Of a stretch of 64,000 bases of DNA, positions 45,179-56,324 are shown in pieces. The translations under genes were made by a program, and so were the position numbers. Below the pieces are notes generated by a model. It had not been told where the DNA came from. It ran no database searches and saw nothing but the letters and a program-made list of their open reading frames with translations. Position 1 is the first letter of the stretch. Every line of letters starts with the position of its first letter. This stretch comes from Clostridia bacterium (GTDB lineage: Bacteria; Bacillota; Clostridia; Christensenellales; UBA1242), in NCBI GenBank assembly GCA_017468205.1, contig JAFUJK010000050.1:5566-69565 (forward strand), read 5' to 3'.

Positions 45179-45306
45179 AAATAAACCTCTTAAGTAAGTA
45201 AAATTGTGCAAATATTATATCAAATTAAACAAAAAAAGTCAACTCAATAATTACGTTAAAGTTCATATAATATAAAATTTTATAATAGAATATAGAGGGA
45301 GGCAGT

Positions 45307-46020
45307 ATGGATAAAAAATTCCGAGTTTTTAGAAATATTGGTGTAAATTTCGTAATAGTTTTTATGTTAGGGTTTTTATGTGTGTTGACAATTAACAATG
45401 ATGTTCGCAGTGTATTTAATCCGAGTTTGGCGAATGTAGTTTATCGAGGAAATGAAAGTCAAAATAATGTTTCGCTTATGATAAATGTCTATTGGGGGAA
45501 TGAATATCTACCCAGTATGTTGAAAAACTTTGATAATTTTGGCGTTAAAACAACTTTTTTTGTTGGTGGAATGTGGGTGTCGAAATATCCCGAAGAACTT
45601 ATCAATTTAAGCAATAAGGGACACGAGATAGGAAATCACGGTTTTTTTCATAAAGACCACGATAAGTTAAATTATCAAGATAATCAGAAAGAGATTATGA
45701 ATACGCACAAGTTGGTAAAGCAATATATAGGGCAGGAAATGACGCTTTTTGCACCACCATCGGGGGCTTTTAATAATGATACATTGAATAGTGCTGACGA
45801 TTTAGGATATCAAGTGATTATGTGGAGTCGGGACACGATAGATTGGCGCGACCAAGATGCAAATTTAATTTATGAGCGCGCGACTAAAAAACTTTCAAAT
45901 GGTGAACTTGTTTTAATGCATCCAACACTAAAAACTGCGGAAGCTCTTCCTAGAATTTTGCAATATTGCAAGGATAATAATCTAAATGTTGTGCCTGTTT
46001 CAAGTGCTTTGTTGGCTTAA
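45307..46020 (+). CDS. ylxY: polysaccharide deacetylase family sporulation protein, YlxY-like
   Basis: N-terminal TM. NVSLMINVYWGNEYLPSML..VKTTFFVGGMWV..KGHEIGNHGFFH..FAPPSGAF..MWSRDTIDW..LMHP aligns closely by eye with B. subtilis YlxY. It is followed by an M16 peptidase, as ylxY-mlpA are in Bacillus. Confidence 0.8.
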   Translation: MDKKFRVFRNIGVNFVIVFMLGFLCVLTINNDVRSVFNPSLANVVYRGNESQNNVSLMINVYWGNEYLPSMLKNFDNFGVKTTFFVGGMWVSKYPEELINLSNKGHEIGNHGFFHKDHDKLNYQDNQKEIMNTHKLVKQYIGQEMTLFAPPSGAFNNDTLNSADDLGYQVIMWSRDTIDWRDQDANLIYERATKKLSNGELVLMHPTLKTAEALPRILQYCKDNNLNVVPVSSALLA

Positions 46021-46081
46021 TTTTGTTGCTTAATTGCTCTAACTATGCTATACTAGAACTACTATCTATAAGGAGAGCAAA

Positions 46082-47353
46082 ATGTATAATTTAAAAACTT
46101 ATAAGAATGGGTTAAGACTTATTCACAACTATGACACTAGTAGTAAAGCTGTTTCAGTCAATTTCTTCGTTATGGCAGGTGGAAAAGATGAGGACGATAC
46201 AAATAGAGGAATTGCTCACTTGGCTGAACATATGTTTTTCAAGGGAACAGAAAAAAGAACAAGCAAGGATATTATTTTTGAAATGGATAGGCTTGGATTA
46301 CAAAATAATGCTTACACATCGCAAGATTTGACGTGTTTTTATGCAGAAGGCTTGAATGATAATGTTGATGCTATTTTTGATATTTTAGCAGATTGTTTTT
46401 TCAATTCTAACTATCCTTTGGAGGAACTGGCGAACGAAAAGAAAATTGTTTGCAGTGAATTGGAAATGTATTTAGATGATAACAGGGATTTGATTGTCCA
46501 AAAGGGAGCAGTACTAGGAATGCAAGGCACACCTTATGCTTATGTTTTGGGCGGGACGGTTGAATCAGTCAGCAAAATTGAGCAAGCAGATTTATTGAAA
46601 TATAAAAAAGCATTTTACACACCTAACAGATTGATAATTTCAGTTAGTGGCGATGTTTCGCAAGACAAAATAGAAGCCCTTGTCGAAAAATATGTACTTC
46701 CTTTATGTGGCGATATAGAGCAAGAACCTCTATATTTTGAGTTACCAACACAAGAAATTGCAAGAGATGAAAGGTACTTGTTTACTTCAAAGGATACTGA
46801 CCAATATTATTGTTTCATTTCATTTAAAAGTTTTTACAAAAGTAATAAAGATGAGTATGCAAAGTATGTTACAATGCTTCAAGCACTGGGTGGAACGCTT
46901 AGTTCAAGGTTATATCAAAAAGTTAGAGAAGAAAAAGGTTTAGTTTACATTATACAATCGGTTTACAGTCAATATAATATGGGGAATAATGGAATTCTTT
47001 TTATTTGTAATACCAACAATGCAGAAGAAACATTCAAAGCCATTAGGGAAGTTATTGACGATTTGAGAAATAAAGGTTTTACGCAAGATGAGTTGACTAT
47101 ATCTCAAAATTTATTAAAAACAAACTATGCTTTAAGCGCGATTACTCCTTCTAGCAAGGCACAAAAAGCGGCTCACGCAATAATGTATAATAGAGAAATA
47201 TACGACATAGAAAAATCTCTTGAAAGAGTATCAAAAGTTACTGTAGATGATATGAATTCTATGTTTAAAAAATATTTTGATAATAAAGATTTGGCTGTTG
47301 CTGTTGTAGCAAAAGAGGACAATATCAAGCCTTTAAAAATACTCACTGAATAA
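46082..47353 (+). CDS. M16 family zinc peptidase (MlpA/YmxG-like)
   Basis: 423 aa. Inverted zinc motif HLAEH..FKGT, in ylxY-mlpA synteny. Confidence 0.85.
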   Translation: MYNLKTYKNGLRLIHNYDTSSKAVSVNFFVMAGGKDEDDTNRGIAHLAEHMFFKGTEKRTSKDIIFEMDRLGLQNNAYTSQDLTCFYAEGLNDNVDAIFDILADCFFNSNYPLEELANEKKIVCSELEMYLDDNRDLIVQKGAVLGMQGTPYAYVLGGTVESVSKIEQADLLKYKKAFYTPNRLIISVSGDVSQDKIEALVEKYVLPLCGDIEQEPLYFELPTQEIARDERYLFTSKDTDQYYCFISFKSFYKSNKDEYAKYVTMLQALGGTLSSRLYQKVREEKGLVYIIQSVYSQYNMGNNGILFICNTNNAEETFKAIREVIDDLRNKGFTQDELTISQNLLKTNYALSAITPSSKAQKAAHAIMYNREIYDIEKSLERVSKVTVDDMNSMFKKYFDNKDLAVAVVAKEDNIKPLKILTE

Positions 47354-47474
47354 AACATTTAAGAAAAACACAAACATCAGGGCGGAAATTGAAAAAAGTC
47401 GCTTGTTTTGTTTGTGTTTTTTTGGAAAAAATGATATTATAAACTTATAAATAAGATAAAAATGGAGGTTTATT

Positions 47475-50168
47475 TTGAGAAATTATACCGACAGAAATGT
47501 AGGAGGAAATAAAAATAAACTTTCAAGGCGCACTTCTTGGGGTATTGCCGTTTTAGTTTGCGCTGTTTTCTTACTTTTTTGTATGATATTAAATTTCCTG
47601 CCATTTATCAGAAGTTTTATTCTCGGTGCTTTTGGTTTGGCGGCTTATCCTATTTTAGCAGTTGTGCTTGCTATTGGGATAATTCTTATTAGTAAAAAGA
47701 GTTATAGCATTGCTAAAAATTATGTTATCAGCGTTTGCGTTTTATATTTTATAATTGTTTGTGTTCTTCAAACTGCGCTAACTAATATTGCTGGGCTTGG
47801 AATGGGGGACTATTTAAGCGAGATTTATAATGCAAAAACTACACCTGGTGGTGCTCTTGCGGGGATTTTTGCTTATGGTTTTGGCAATTTATTTAATTAT
47901 GTTGGTGCATATATTCTATTTGCTATTGGGTCTATAATTTGCGTTGCATTTATGGTTGATTATTTCTTAAAGATGAAAGATTATAAAAAAATCAATGCGC
48001 GTACAGTTAGCTATCCAATTGAAAAAGAAAGTCCTATGCAAGCGAGAAATGAGAAAATTGCTGTTGAGGTTCAAACTTCAAAAAAGAAAGGACTTTTTGA
48101 GCATTTTAAGAAAGAAAAAATTGAAAGCGACCCTGTTAATATAACGCTTGATGCAGAACGTGAAATGGCTACGGTGGCGCACGCATCAAATGCACAAAAT
48201 GAAATGGCGGAAGAGATTTTTGGTGGCGATTATAGTTCGCTCGTAGGAAATGATAGTACGGCTCAACAAAAGAGTGAAGATGCTTATTCTATCGATGATT
48301 TTATCAACAAAGTCAACCAAAATTCGTTTGAGAATTTTAACAAAAAATATGACCAAGCTCCTCAATATACTCCAACGGGCTATCGTGGTGCTGATGCAAG
48401 AGATAATATGCCTAAATTTGAACAAAAACCAGTTAAACCTCAATCAACATTTAGTGCTGATTTAAAGTTGGAGCCACTAGAACCGATGAGACGTGAGCCT
48501 ATCAATGTTTCGTTTGATGATGAGCCAGAAAGTGATTCAATATTGGATAACTTGAATAAAATTATGAATGAAGTTCCTACTTCGGTTGCTCCACCAATTC
48601 AAAAGAATGATTTTAAATCGAGAGACGAACAAAAGGCTACACAACTTGAAATGCAACAAACAAAGCCTACCCCTAATCCAACAACGACTTACAAACGTCC
48701 AAGCCCTTATGTGCGTCCACCTGTGAATATGTTGACTACGCAATCAAGCAAACAAGAGGGGAATGAGGCAGACTTCAAGCAAAAAGCACGTATTCTTGAA
48801 GAAACACTTGCAAGCTTCAAAATTCAAGCGACAGTTGTTGGAATTACACGTGGTCCTGCGGTAACGAGGTATGAAATCCAAATGCCCGCGGGTATTTCAG
48901 TAAAGAAAATTTCTCAACATAGCGATGACATTGCTATGATGATGCAATCGTATGGTGGTGTGCGTATTGAAGCGCCTATTCCTGGGAAAAACCTTGTTGG
49001 TATTGAAATTCCTAATGAAAAAATTGCCACTATTGGTTTAATGGATATTATCAATTCGCCAGAATTTCATAACAGCAAATCGCCATTGACCGTGGCATTA
49101 GGTAAGGATATTGCGGGTTCTGTTAAGGTCTGCGACCTTGCGGCTATGCCACACTTGTTGGTTGCAGGTTCAACTGGTTCGGGTAAATCTGTCTGCCTTA
49201 ATGTGATTCTTATCAGTTTATTGTATAAACTCGGCATGGACGATTTAAGACTGATTTTGATTGACCCTAAACGTGTTGAATTTACAAGTTACAATGGGGT
49301 GCCACACTTGCTAACACCTGAAGTTATTTGTCAACCTAAACAGGCACTTAATGCTTTTGATTGGGCAATTTTGGAAATGGAAACACGTTTTGACACCTTC
49401 CAAAGATTGCGTGTCCGTGATATAAACGAATATAACTCGCTTGAAGCGGTTTACAAAGGCAGAGAGCCAAAGTTACCTCGTATTGTTATTATTGTGGACG
49501 AGTTGGCGGACCTTATGATGATGGCTCGCAAGGAGTTAGAAGATAAAATTATGCGTATTGCTCAATTATCACGTGCTGCCGGTATTCACTTAATTCTAGC
49601 TACTCAAAGACCATCGGTAAATGTTATTACAGGTACAATTAAAGCCAATTTGCCTTCGCGTATTGCTTTCTCTGTTAACAACTTTGCCGATTCAAACACA
49701 ATCATTAACCAAGGTGGTGCGGAGAAATTGCTTGGAAAAGGTGATATGCTCTATGCTCCTCAAAACCTGCCAGAACCTGTGCGTATTCAGTGTCCATATA
49801 TAGGAAATACGGAGGTTTTAAATATCGTGGATTTCATTAAAAACAACAATGAATGTGATTTTGATGCCGAAAGAACAAGTCAAATTCTTGATGGCAAAGG
49901 TAATAGTGGGGGAGCAGGCGGAGATGCAGACACCGATGGTATTGAGTACGACCCAATACTTCCAAAAGCATTGTTTGATTTTATTAGGGCGGGGACTGGC
50001 TCAATTTCTGCTATTCAACGCCGTTATTCCGTTGGTTATGCTCGTGCCGCTCGTATTGTTGACCAAATGGAACAAGCAGGTTTTATTTCTGCGCCTGATG
50101 GAACAAATAAAAACAGACAAATTTTAATTGATGAAATGAAATATAATGAACTTTTTTCAAATGAATAA
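47475..50168 (+). CDS. ftsK: DNA translocase FtsK/SpoIIIE
   Basis: N-terminal 4-TM domain and a long low-complexity linker. Motor domain with Walker A AGSTGSGKSV and IVIIVDELADLMM. C-terminal gamma wHTH (ISAIQRRYSVGYARAARIVDQME). TTG start after GGAGG. Confidence 0.95.
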   Translation: MRNYTDRNVGGNKNKLSRRTSWGIAVLVCAVFLLFCMILNFLPFIRSFILGAFGLAAYPILAVVLAIGIILISKKSYSIAKNYVISVCVLYFIIVCVLQTALTNIAGLGMGDYLSEIYNAKTTPGGALAGIFAYGFGNLFNYVGAYILFAIGSIICVAFMVDYFLKMKDYKKINARTVSYPIEKESPMQARNEKIAVEVQTSKKKGLFEHFKKEKIESDPVNITLDAEREMATVAHASNAQNEMAEEIFGGDYSSLVGNDSTAQQKSEDAYSIDDFINKVNQNSFENFNKKYDQAPQYTPTGYRGADARDNMPKFEQKPVKPQSTFSADLKLEPLEPMRREPINVSFDDEPESDSILDNLNKIMNEVPTSVAPPIQKNDFKSRDEQKATQLEMQQTKPTPNPTTTYKRPSPYVRPPVNMLTTQSSKQEGNEADFKQKARILEETLASFKIQATVVGITRGPAVTRYEIQMPAGISVKKISQHSDDIAMMMQSYGGVRIEAPIPGKNLVGIEIPNEKIATIGLMDIINSPEFHNSKSPLTVALGKDIAGSVKVCDLAAMPHLLVAGSTGSGKSVCLNVILISLLYKLGMDDLRLILIDPKRVEFTSYNGVPHLLTPEVICQPKQALNAFDWAILEMETRFDTFQRLRVRDINEYNSLEAVYKGREPKLPRIVIIVDELADLMMMARKELEDKIMRIAQLSRAAGIHLILATQRPSVNVITGTIKANLPSRIAFSVNNFADSNTIINQGGAEKLLGKGDMLYAPQNLPEPVRIQCPYIGNTEVLNIVDFIKNNNECDFDAERTSQILDGKGNSGGAGGDADTDGIEYDPILPKALFDFIRAGTGSISAIQRRYSVGYARAARIVDQMEQAGFISAPDGTNKNRQILIDEMKYNELFSNE

Positions 50169-50192
50169 AAACCTTTAATCAAGGAGCTTAAA

Positions 50193-50915
50193 ATGAATTT
50201 ACCAAATAAATTGTCAATTTTAAGAATAGTATTAGTTCCTCTAATAATGTTCTTTTATCTTGCAACATTTATTCCTTATGGCAAAATTGTTGCTATTGTA
50301 TTATTTATTGCCGCTGCATTAACTGATATGTTTGATGGCAAAATCGCAAGAAAAAAAGGTCTTGTAACAGACCTAGGGAAATTACTCGACCCGATTGCAG
50401 ATAAAATGCTTATTACTTTAAGTTTGTTAGTAGTAGTTATTGATGGGACTATTGCTCACCCATGGGGTATTATTGCTTTTTCAATCCTTTTTACTCGTGA
50501 TTGTATTGTAAATGGTGTACGTCAAGTTGCTGCGCTCAATGGTGTTGCAGTTGCTGCAAGTTGGAGTGGAAAGGTTAAGGCTATTCTCGCATACATTTAC
50601 ATTCCAATGTTTATGTTCCTTGCACAACTCAACATTCTCGGTTATGAAATGTTTGCAGGTTCTGCAATTTTTGATACTATAACTCTTGTATTCAGTATTC
50701 TATGTTATGTAGTAATGGGGGCTGCAACCTTGATTACTGCATACTCTGCTGTTGATTATGTTGTTAGAAATAAAGCTGTAATTTTGCCAAAAGAAACAAA
50801 GAAAGATGAAGAAAATGAAGAAAAAATAGAGCAAGTTAATTCAGACGAAATTGTCGAAGAAAACGAAAAACAAGAAGCAATAAATGCTGAAAAAGAGGAC
50901 GATAAGGAAGAATAA
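50193..50915 (+). CDS. pgsA: CDP-diacylglycerol--glycerol-3-phosphate 3-phosphatidyltransferase
   Basis: CDP-alcohol phosphatidyltransferase motif DMFDGKIARKKGLVTDLGKLLDPIADK. It carries an acidic C-terminal extension of about 50 aa. Confidence 0.92.
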   Translation: MNLPNKLSILRIVLVPLIMFFYLATFIPYGKIVAIVLFIAAALTDMFDGKIARKKGLVTDLGKLLDPIADKMLITLSLLVVVIDGTIAHPWGIIAFSILFTRDCIVNGVRQVAALNGVAVAASWSGKVKAILAYIYIPMFMFLAQLNILGYEMFAGSAIFDTITLVFSILCYVVMGAATLITAYSAVDYVVRNKAVILPKETKKDEENEEKIEQVNSDEIVEENEKQEAINAEKEDDKEE

Positions 50916-51910
50916 TGCAAGCGAATTTGCTGTTATTTTATGATGAGGGCAACAACGATTTTGTAAACAGGTCAGTTAAACCGCTAATATGCCAGCAATT
51001 TAGTCGAGCGATGCTTGATATTGCTTGGATTACTGCGATGCCTGTTTATTCGAAAGTGCCTAATATAATGAAAAACTTGACCGACCACTCCATTATAGTG
51101 GTTGGTTTTTGTGAAGAATACTGTTTTAATAATATAAAATCAGCACTGAATACCTACTATCAAACTGCGCCAATTCTAACTAGTTTTGGTTTGTTTTACA
51201 AAATAGGCAACAAAACTTGTAGTGTCGTAGATTTAGGTCAACCTGATTTAAGTAATATTAATTACGACGTGTTAAGCACTTTATATAACTCGGAACGTTC
51301 CTTTTGCTTGAAGTTTTTTGGTATTAATGAATTTGACTTGCTTAAACAATTAAATAATATTGAATATATCAACAATTTTGAGTTTACTCATATTTCACAT
51401 TTTGGAGAAATTCAACTTACTTTTAGAGCGGTAAACGAAGTTGGAGAGCAGAGGAAAAAGGACTTTAAGCGTGCTTTATACGAGGTTTTTGGTGATTATA
51501 TTTTTAGTGATGAATCAAAAAGTTTGATTGAATGTGTAAATGAGATTGCAGAGGTTCGCAGACAAAATTTTGCAGTTATTGACCTGATTTCAAATGGTGA
51601 AATTATTGCAGACCTTAATAGGTACTCCGCTTTACGACAATTAAAACAAAACCTTTCTATTGACGAAATTCATCAATTATTAAATGAAAACAACGGTTCA
51701 AATATTATTTTAGAAAAATACAATTTAGACTTTATTGTTTTGATTGTTGGTAGTTTGAGCAATGCGCAAATTTTACTAATTGATGGCATAGGAATTCATA
51801 GATTTAACTATAACGAATTAAAAGACCCCAATTTTAACAAAAAGTATATTTTCAACTTGATTTTGTCAAAAATTTTCATAAAATTTCGTAAAAACTATTT
51901 ATTTTTTTAA
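50915..51910 (+). CDS. hypothetical protein in the cinA position (possible highly diverged CinA-like)
   Basis: 331 aa, between pgsA and recA where Bacillus and Clostridium carry cinA. Only faint parallels exist: FAVIDLISNGEIIADL where CinA has ..AESCTGGLLA.., and the catalytic-looking residues are not conserved. Confidence 0.4.
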   Translation: MQANLLLFYDEGNNDFVNRSVKPLICQQFSRAMLDIAWITAMPVYSKVPNIMKNLTDHSIIVVGFCEEYCFNNIKSALNTYYQTAPILTSFGLFYKIGNKTCSVVDLGQPDLSNINYDVLSTLYNSERSFCLKFFGINEFDLLKQLNNIEYINNFEFTHISHFGEIQLTFRAVNEVGEQRKKDFKRALYEVFGDYIFSDESKSLIECVNEIAEVRRQNFAVIDLISNGEIIADLNRYSALRQLKQNLSIDEIHQLLNENNGSNIILEKYNLDFIVLIVGSLSNAQILLIDGIGIHRFNYNELKDPNFNKKYIFNLILSKIFIKFRKNYLFF

Positions 51911-51955
51911 TAAAGTATAGTATAATGTTTACAAAAGTACTGAGGAGTTGCGAAA

Positions 51956-53002
51956 GTGGCTGAAAAGGAAAAAGACGAAAAGAAAACAAGTTTGGAAGAA
52001 GTTATTGCTCAAATTGAAAAGCAATTTGGTAAAGGCTCAATTATGCGCCTTGGTGATACCGCCCGTCAAATTGTTGATGTTATTCCAACAGGGTGTTTGA
52101 CACTTGACTTGGCGCTTGGTATTGGCGGTATGCCTCGTGGTCGTATTGTAGAAATTTATGGACCAGAATCGTCTGGTAAAACTACGGTAGCATTACACGT
52201 AGTTGCTGAAGCACAAAAAATGGGGTGTACTGCTGCTTTTATTGATGCGGAGCACGCACTTGACCCAGTTTATGCTGGTAATTTGGGTGTTGATATTAAT
52301 TCACTCTATATTTCCCAACCTGATAATGGTGAGCAAGCACTTGATATTACTGAAAGTTTGGTTCGTAGTGGTAGTATTGATTTGATTGTTATTGACTCTG
52401 TGGCGGCTCTTACTCCAAAGGCGGAATTAGACGGCGAAATGGGTGATGCTCACGTAGGTTTGCTTGCTCGCTTGATGAGCCAAGCGATGCGCAAATTGAC
52501 GGCATACATTAATAAATCTAATGTTTGTGTAATCTTTATTAATCAGTTGCGCGAAAAAGTCGGCGTTATGTTCGGTAATCCTGAAACAACTACTGGTGGT
52601 AAGGCATTGAAATTCTATTCAAGCATTCGTCTTGATGTTCGTAAGTCCGAAGCAATTAAAGAGGGTGCTGAAATTGTGGGCAATCGCACAAAAGTTAAGG
52701 TTGTGAAAAACAAACTTGCACCTCCATTTAGGTCTTGTGAGTTTGACATTGTCTATGGAAAGGGTATTTCTAAAGAAGGATGTGTACTTGACCTTGCTCT
52801 TGAATTTGGAATAATCCAAAAGAGCGGAAGTTGGTTCGCTTATAAAGGCGAAAAAATCGGTCAAGGCAAGGAAAATGTAAAGCAATATTTGGCTGATAAT
52901 TCTAACATTTATGCCGAGGTTGAAAGTGCAATCAAGGATAAACTTTCCCCAAAAGATGCAACTATTGATATTGAAATTAAAGATAATGAAGAAGAAGCGT
53001 AA
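51956..53002 (+). CDS. recA: recombinase RecA
   Basis: GTG start after [22 protein letters not shown], Walker [10 protein letters not shown] and IDSVAAL. Terminator AGCGT-AAAGAT-ACGCT plus T-run at 52996-53019. Confidence 0.98.
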   Translation: MAEKEKDEKKTSLEEVIAQIEKQFGKGSIMRLGDTARQIVDVIPTGCLTLDLALGIGGMPRGRIVEIYGPESSGKTTVALHVVAEAQKMGCTAAFIDAEHALDPVYAGNLGVDINSLYISQPDNGEQALDITESLVRSGSIDLIVIDSVAALTPKAELDGEMGDAHVGLLARLMSQAMRKLTAYINKSNVCVIFINQLREKVGVMFGNPETTTGGKALKFYSSIRLDVRKSEAIKEGAEIVGNRTKVKVVKNKLAPPFRSCEFDIVYGKGISKEGCVLDLALEFGIIQKSGSWFAYKGEKIGQGKENVKQYLADNSNIYAEVESAIKDKLSPKDATIDIEIKDNEEEA

Positions 53003-53180
53003 AGATACGCTCTTTTTTGTTTAGAAATTTTAGTATTGTTTATAATTAATTTAGTATTTAACAAGTTTTAACTTGACTTTTTGACAAATTTATTCTAAAA
53101 TTGTAAAGTATATAAAATTTATGATTTTATATCAACCTAATTTTAGGTTTTCAAATAAATTAAAAGAGAGGAAAAAACCA

Positions 53181-54779
53181 ATGCTTAACTCTTTGATTGG
53201 GTTGCTTGGTTTTCAAATGAGCACTGCTGTATTGGTGGTAACCATTTTGGGGTGCTTGATTGTTGGTGCTGTCGTAGGTGTTTTTGTTTTTCGTGCAATA
53301 GTAAGCAAAAAAATAAACAACGCTAAAAATTCAGCCAAAAGTATAATCGAAGATGCTCATTTAGAAGCTAAGACAATCTTAAAAGAGGCGAGTCTTTCAG
53401 CTCAAGAAGAATCTTTAAAAATCAAAACAGAAACCGAAAATGAGTTGAAAGAACGTCGAATTGAAATCGAAAAATTGAATAATAGATTTTTGCAACGTGA
53501 GGAGTTTATTAACAATCGCGAGCAATCATTAGACAAGAAAAACGATGCGCTTGAAAGTTTTAAAGAAAAGTTAGAATCGCAAGAAAAGCAAATTGTTGAA
53601 AAACAAAATGAAATTGCCAAAATTCAGGAAGAAGCCAGCAAAGAATTACAACGCATCGCAGGGCTTACAAAAGAGGAGGCAAAGAGCGCGCTCATAGCTC
53701 AAATTACAGACGAAGCAAAATATGATGCTGCTGTTAAATTGAAAGAAATTGAGCAAGAAATGAACGACAATGCGCACAAATATGCAACTGAAATCATATC
53801 TAATGCTATACAGAAGTATTCTGCTGATTTAACCAGCGAGGCAACTGTAACAACTGTAACATTGCCAAGCGATGATATGAAAGGTCGTTTGATAGGTAGA
53901 GAAGGACGCAACATTAAGGCGCTTGAACAGGCTACTGGAATTGATATTATTATTGATGATACGCCAGAAGCGATAGTTTTGTCTGGATTTGATCCGATTC
54001 GTCGTGAAATTGCACGTATTGCAATTACAAAGTTAATTCAAGATGGTCGTATACATCCTGCAAGAATTGAAGAAACAGTTACTAAAACACGTCGCGATAT
54101 TGAGCACGATATAAAAGAGGCGGGCGAGTCAGCAATTTTGGAAACAGGTGTAATAGGTTTGCACCCTGAACTTGTAAAAACATTGGGGCGACTTAAATAT
54201 CGAACAAGTTATGGTCAAAACGTGCTTCGCCATGCTGTGGAAGTTTCATTCATAGCTGGAATGCTTGCAAGCGAACTAGGTTGCGATGAAATGGTTGCAA
54301 AACGTGGTGGCTTGCTTCACGATATTGGTAAAGCAGTTGACCATGAAGTTGAGGGCACACACGTTAGCATAGGTGTGCAACTTGCACGCAAATACAAGGA
54401 AAACGATAAAGTTATTAACTGTATTGAAGCACATCACGGCGATGTTGAATTTGCTTGTATTGAGGCAATATTGGTGCAGGCTGCTGATACTATTTCGAGT
54501 GCTCGACCTGGCGCAAGACGTGAATCAATTGAGAATTATGTTAAGCGTTTAGAGAAATTGGAGCAAATTTCAAGTAGTTTTTCAGGCGTTGAAAAGGCAT
54601 ATGCAATTCAAGCGGGTCGTGAAATCCGTATTATTGTAAAACCAGAGGAAGTAACCGACCAGCAAGCGATTATTCTTGCACGTGATATTGCTAAAAAGAT
54701 TGAAAGTGAACTTGAATATCCAGGACAAATTAAGGTTAATGTTATCAGAGAAACACGTTCTGTAGATTTTGCTAAATAA
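53181..54779 (+). CDS. rny: ribonuclease Y
   Basis: N-terminal TM, coiled coil, KH domain ([15 protein letters not shown]) and HD domain (LLHDIGKA). The ATG at 53181 follows AGAGAGGAAAAAA. Confidence 0.96.
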   Translation: MLNSLIGLLGFQMSTAVLVVTILGCLIVGAVVGVFVFRAIVSKKINNAKNSAKSIIEDAHLEAKTILKEASLSAQEESLKIKTETENELKERRIEIEKLNNRFLQREEFINNREQSLDKKNDALESFKEKLESQEKQIVEKQNEIAKIQEEASKELQRIAGLTKEEAKSALIAQITDEAKYDAAVKLKEIEQEMNDNAHKYATEIISNAIQKYSADLTSEATVTTVTLPSDDMKGRLIGREGRNIKALEQATGIDIIIDDTPEAIVLSGFDPIRREIARIAITKLIQDGRIHPARIEETVTKTRRDIEHDIKEAGESAILETGVIGLHPELVKTLGRLKYRTSYGQNVLRHAVEVSFIAGMLASELGCDEMVAKRGGLLHDIGKAVDHEVEGTHVSIGVQLARKYKENDKVINCIEAHHGDVEFACIEAILVQAADTISSARPGARRESIENYVKRLEKLEQISSSFSGVEKAYAIQAGREIRIIVKPEEVTDQQAIILARDIAKKIESELEYPGQIKVNVIRETRSVDFAK

Positions 54780-54788
54780 GAGGTAGCT

Positions 54789-55634
54789 ATGCAGATTTGT
54801 GATGCTCACAATGATATGTTAATGAATCTTAATTCAATTGATGAGATTAATAAATATTTGAATAAATATTGTTATAATAATAAGGTCGTAAATATTTTTA
54901 CGGCCTATTATGTTAGTCAGTCGGAAGAAAAAAAGCTTTCTGCCAACGAAATTTTAGAAAAGATAAAGTATAAATTTGCATTATTAAAAAATTTTAATTG
55001 CTTAACCCCCACACTTGAAAATATTGGATTTATCAACAATGAAGAAACGCTTGAGCAAGTTATTAAATTAAAGCCGTTTTGCGCGACATTGACTTGGAAC
55101 TATGATAATAATTTAGCAGGTGGCGCGTATGGTGAGAGTGGCTTAACTTCTTGGGGTAGGGAAGTGGTTGCTCAATTAGAGGCAAATGGTATAGTGGTTG
55201 ATATAGCTCATTTAAATAAGCGTACGTTTTTGGAGTTTTCAAAAATTACAAAATATCCTATTTTTTGCTCTCATACATCAAGTCGAGATGTTTATAATAT
55301 ACCGCGAGCATTGGATAGCGAACAGTTGGAAATTATAAAAAGCACGAATGGGTATGTGGGGTTATGCCTTTATTCAACATTGTTAGGTGATAGAAAAGCC
55401 GATTTAACTGAAATTTTAAAGCATTTCAGTGCATTAATTAAAATTTTAGGCAAAAATTGCTTGGGTTTAGGCACAGATTTTAATGCAACTGGTGAATGTA
55501 ATCCGATAGATTTTGACATAGATTATAATGGTGTCCCTTATTTGTTAAATGAAATTATAAACAAATATGGTAGAAAAACAGCAGAGCAATTTGCTGGAAA
55601 AAATTTGAAAGATTTTATAAGAAAAATTAAGTAA
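54789..55634 (+). CDS. membrane-dipeptidase (M19) family protein, short form
   Basis: N-terminal ICDAHNDML (H-x-D metal ligands), VVDIAHLN, and PIFCSHTSSRDVYNIPRALDSEQLEIIK..GYVGL, which parallels the renal-dipeptidase family. Confidence 0.65.
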   Translation: MQICDAHNDMLMNLNSIDEINKYLNKYCYNNKVVNIFTAYYVSQSEEKKLSANEILEKIKYKFALLKNFNCLTPTLENIGFINNEETLEQVIKLKPFCATLTWNYDNNLAGGAYGESGLTSWGREVVAQLEANGIVVDIAHLNKRTFLEFSKITKYPIFCSHTSSRDVYNIPRALDSEQLEIIKSTNGYVGLCLYSTLLGDRKADLTEILKHFSALIKILGKNCLGLGTDFNATGECNPIDFDIDYNGVPYLLNEIINKYGRKTAEQFAGKNLKDFIRKIK

Positions 55635-55648
55635 TTTGATGTAAATAG

Positions 55649-55677
55649 TTGACAAAAGTTAATTTATTTAGTACAAT
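55649..55677 (+). promoter_or_regulatory. promoter of tRNA-Trp
   Basis: TTGACA, 17 nt, TACAAT; it ends about 14 nt before the tRNA. Confidence 0.65.
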
Positions 55678-55691
55678 TAAATTACTTTTAC

Positions 55692-55765
55692 AGGGGAATG
55701 GCTTAACGGTAGAGTAGTGGTCTCCAAAACCATTGGTCAGAGTTCGATTCTCTGTTCCCCTGCCA
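55692..55765 (+). tRNA. trnW: tRNA-Trp (anticodon CCA), 3' CCA encoded
   Basis: AGGGGAA acceptor stem pairing with TTCCCCT, anticodon loop CUCCAAA, T-loop GTTCGATTC. It closely matches B. subtilis tRNA-Trp. Confidence 0.93.
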
Positions 55766-55825
55766 ATAACGAAATGGCTTGTTGCCATTTTTCTTATATA
55801 AAGTCATATATTGTTTGAGGTAAGT

Positions 55826-56290
55826 ATGAAAAAGGTTACAATTTATACTGATGGTGCTTGCAGTGTAAATCCGGGTCCCGGAGGATGGGGGTGTGTCCTG
55901 ATTTACAACGGTGTAGAGCGCGAATTCAGTGGTTTTGTTAATGATACCACAAATAATCGTATGGAAATGTTTGCGGTAATTGAAGCACTGAAAAAATTGA
56001 AAGAACCTTGCGATATTGACCTTTACAGCGATTCTGCTTATGTTGTTAATGCTTTTTTGCAAAAATGGATTGACTCTTGGAAAATTAAGGATTGGAAAAC
56101 TTCGGATAATAAACCTGTAAAAAATTTAGATTTATGGCTAGAATTAGATAATTTATTACAAATACACAAAGTCTATTGGCACAAAGTCAAAGGGCATAGC
56201 ACTGATGTTTACAATAATCGTTGCGATGCTCTTGCACGTGGTGAGGTTGATAGATATTTAAAAGAAAAAAGTGAAGAAAATAAAAATTAA
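55826..56290 (+). CDS. rnhA: ribonuclease HI
   Basis: VTIYTDGAC..NPGPGGWG..TNNRMEM..DSAYV..WK..W..VKGHS..N..D.LA matches the RNase H type 1 catalytic DEDD pattern. A terminator lies at about 56291-56316. Confidence 0.9.
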   Translation: MKKVTIYTDGACSVNPGPGGWGCVLIYNGVEREFSGFVNDTTNNRMEMFAVIEALKKLKEPCDIDLYSDSAYVVNAFLQKWIDSWKIKDWKTSDNKPVKNLDLWLELDNLLQIHKVYWHKVKGHSTDVYNNRCDALARGEVDRYLKEKSEENKN

Positions 56291-56324
56291 AAAGACGAAT
56301 TTTTCGCCTTTTTTTGTTAGGTGG

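Noticed and set aside
55703-56062. 119-aa ORF on the - strand
   Set aside because: It overlaps tRNA-Trp and is antisense to rnhA.
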